A stretch of 64,000 nucleotides of DNA from NCBI GenBank assembly GCA_016784165.1, contig JADHVD010000005.1:3385-67384 (forward strand). Direction: 5' to 3'. This DNA comes from Candidatus Woesearchaeota archaeon (GTDB lineage Archaea > Nanobdellota > Nanobdellia > Woesearchaeales > BS150m-G63). Every line of letters begins with the position of its first letter. Position 1 is the first letter of the stretch. The position numbers were made by a program, and so were the translations under genes. Below are positions 61,930 through 64,000 of the stretch, one piece after another. A model generated the notes under the pieces. It searched no databases and was not told where the DNA came from. It was given only the letters and a program-made list of their open reading frames with translations.

Positions 61930-62160
61930 TCATTTCTTTCCTTCAACAGCTTTATTCATCTTATCTAACATCTCTTTAACTTTCTCATCATTTAATCCGT
62001 GAGCTTTTGCCCCTTCTTCTACGCTTTCCCAAGCAGCAACATGGCACCCTATACAATGCAAACCATATTCAGCCATAATCTCTGCACTTTCAGGATGTTT
62101 AGTAATTACTTCTCCCAAAGTCATATCTTTTGTTATTTTAGCTGTTTTTGTTTTTGTCAT
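61930..62160 (-). CDS. DUF1858 / ScdA-N-like small protein
   Basis: ITKDMTLGEVI..HPE...GLHCIGC...ESVEEGA.AHG. Confidence 0.85.
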   Translation of the reverse strand: MTKTKTAKITKDMTLGEVITKHPESAEIMAEYGLHCIGCHVAAWESVEEGAKAHGLNDEKVKEMLDKMNKAVEGKK

Positions 62161-62192
62161 GTTTCATCAACCCATTAAAGGGTATATAAAAT

Positions 62193-62576
62193 TTACGTTT
62201 TAGATTTCTCTTTATAGTCTTTAATCGCTGCATGCAATGCTTCTATTGCTAAAATAGAACAATGCACTTTTATTGGTGGAAGTCCTTCAAGAATATCTAC
62301 CACATTATCTTTTGTTAGTTTTTCAATAACATTCACTTCTTTTCCCTTTACTAATTCTGTAACAGCAGAACTAGTAGCTATCGCAGCAACACATCCAAAT
62401 GTTTTAAACTTAACATCTTTAATCAATTCTTTCCCTTCTTTTTTCTCAACTTTAATGTAAAGCCACATCACATCTCCACATCTGGGATTCCCTACTTTTC
62501 CAATTCCATCAGCATCCTTCATCTCACCTACATTTCGCGGATTATTGAAGTGCTCCATTACTTTTTTTGAATACAT
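62193..62576 (-). CDS. iscU: Fe-S cluster scaffold IscU/NifU-N
   Basis: YSKKVMEHF.NPRNVG, CGD, FGC, K.HCS. Confidence 0.96.
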   Translation of the reverse strand: MYSKKVMEHFNNPRNVGEMKDADGIGKVGNPRCGDVMWLYIKVEKKEGKELIKDVKFKTFGCVAAIATSSAVTELVKGKEVNVIEKLTKDNVVDILEGLPPIKVHCSILAIEALHAAIKDYKEKSKT

Positions 62577-63553
62577 TTTAAAATAAACTTACCCTCCTTT
62601 ATTTTTTAATTCTATTTCAACTGCTTTTATTCCAAATTTTTTTATTTTTCACAAGAGACTTAACTAACAAAACTGGGTTTCTCCCATAAAAATCTAACTC
62701 AATGAATTTTTTCATTTCAATTTTTTCTGATTCCGAATTCTTTTCACGACTCCAATAGCCCCTAATGCTGCACTTCCAATCAATGCAGTCCCCAAAACTG
62801 TTCCGGCATTGTACTCGAAAACGTCTGGCAAAGGACCTGCATGATTTCTATAAATTTCCAATCCTAAATACGATAATGCCGTCGCTGTCTGAATTCCTGT
62901 TTTAATCTTTCCAAACCTATTAGCCCTAATTGCGGATTTTCTTTCTTTATCAGTTTTACAATTTTCTGGATAAACAACTGCATTATAGCCTTCCTCAAAT
63001 TGCTTAGTTATACCACCACGAGATTTTTGCGAAATATAATCTACAATAAAATTCGCCCCCATGGTTATCGGCAGAAAATAATTTCCAATTACTATTTCAT
63101 TAACAGCCACATAACCCCCAATTATACCATTCTTAACCTTGTCAACTAGAGGATCTAATTTAGCACCTTCAATCGTTTGCATCTCCCACCTTCTAGCAAC
63201 ATAACCATCAACAGCATCGAGAAGATAACCTCCTCCAATCATTCCAATTCCCACTAAATCAGTATACTTGCTCTGCATCAACCCAATCCCTACAGCACTC
63301 AACACAACTGAACTAGCAGTAATTCGATTAGGGTGGCATGCTTGTTTCACTCTGTCTACAAGTTTATTTTCCATTTTCAATTTCTCACCAATTCTCCCAA
63401 AGCCATATCTTTTATTATTTTAGCTGTTTTTGTTTTTGTTGTTTTGTTTTGCAATCTGTTCTGCTTTTTTTAATAATGATTTTCCTTTTCTCAAACTAAC
63501 ATTACTTTTTTTGAATACATTTTAAAGTGGACTTATCCTCCTTGATTTTTTGA
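62556..63553. mobile_element. About 1-kb insertion in the isc operon bounded by direct repeats (no mobility gene)
   Basis: 27-bp perfect repeat 62556-82 = 63500-26, extended by a diverged copy of the iscS 3' end. Confidence 0.6.
62712..63380 (-). CDS. CDP-alcohol phosphatidyltransferase family protein
   Basis: HPNRIT, DAVDGYVARR...GAKLDPLVDK, GKIKT..Q. Confidence 0.9.
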   Translation of the reverse strand: MKMENKLVDRVKQACHPNRITASSVVLSAVGIGLMQSKYTDLVGIGMIGGGYLLDAVDGYVARRWEMQTIEGAKLDPLVDKVKNGIIGGYVAVNEIVIGNYFLPITMGANFIVDYISQKSRGGITKQFEEGYNAVVYPENCKTDKERKSAIRANRFGKIKTGIQTATALSYLGLEIYRNHAGPLPDVFEYNAGTVLGTALIGSAALGAIGVVKRIRNQKKLK

Positions 63554-64000
63554 TTATGTCTGGCAAAACCTTGAGAATGTATTCAATCTCTTCTTCTGTT
63601 GTAAATTTACTTAAAGTCATTCTTATAGATCCGTGTGCATCTTCATGTTTCATCCCCATTGCAATCAAAACATGGCTTGGTTCAAGTGAAGCAGAAGCAC
63701 ATGCAGAACCAGTTGAGGTTGCAACTCCTTTCATACTCAAATAAGTGCTTATAGTTTCACCTTCCAAACCTAAGTAAGAAAAATTAACATTATTACACAA
63801 CCTATTCTCTCTCGGACCATTTAATTTCACTCTTTCTATACTATCAAAAACCCCTTCAATCAATTTATCTCTCAATTCAGTAACATGTTTAACATTAGAA
63901 TCTTTCATCTGTTTAACTGCTTCAGCAAAACCAATAGCCCCAGCAACATTTTCAGTTCCAGGACGTAAATTAAACTCGTGCTTTCCACCATACATTAATT
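63522..64000 (-). CDS. iscS: Cysteine desulfurase IscS/NifS, C-terminal part (runs off window end)
   Basis: GG.HE..LRPGTENV, STGSAC, PSHVL.AMG, GSIR. Confidence 0.95.
   Translation of the reverse strand, partial: LMYGGKHEFNLRPGTENVAGAIGFAEAVKQMKDSNVKHVTELRDKLIEGVFDSIERVKLNGPRENRLCNNVNFSYLGLEGETISTYLSMKGVATSTGSACASASLEPSHVLIAMGMKHEDAHGSIRMTLSKFTTEEEIEYILKVLPDIIKKSRRISPL

Overview
AT-rich archaeal chromosome segment, most consistent with a DPANN (Woesearchaeota-like) genome. This is inferred from archaeal-type AlaRS, uS15, Dph2/Dph5, Elp3, Kae1, XPD and ATP-dependent ligase, class III signal-peptide pilins, TATA boxes just upstream of many start codons, and a BHB-intron tRNA-Gln. The window is mostly housekeeping genes, plus a large type IV pilus locus (9.5-19.7 kb), a second pilin/adhesin cassette behind a Ca-type P-ATPase (43.7-51.6 kb) and an iscS-iscU-ferredoxin cluster. 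No CRISPR array, rRNA, integrase or transposase was found. The most unusual observations are: (1) a NikR/CdrS-like ribbon-helix-helix domain fused to an intact sugar-1-phosphate nucleotidyltransferase, co-transcribed with phosphomannomutase and flanked by NikR-type GTATGA half-sites; (2) two unrelated-stem hairpins sharing an anti-Shine-Dalgarno-like loop ACCACCCCC, one a stand-alone sRNA candidate and one 3' of ftsZ, together with a highly structured ftsZ leader carrying repeated UGGUR loops; (3) three accessory loci bordered by diverged copies of neighbouring core-gene fragments; (4) constant/variable pilin cassettes; (5) a tandem pair of HIT proteins that both lack the catalytic His; (6) an APC permease-methyltransferase fusion. 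All family assignments come from motif recognition by eye; no searches or folding programs were run.
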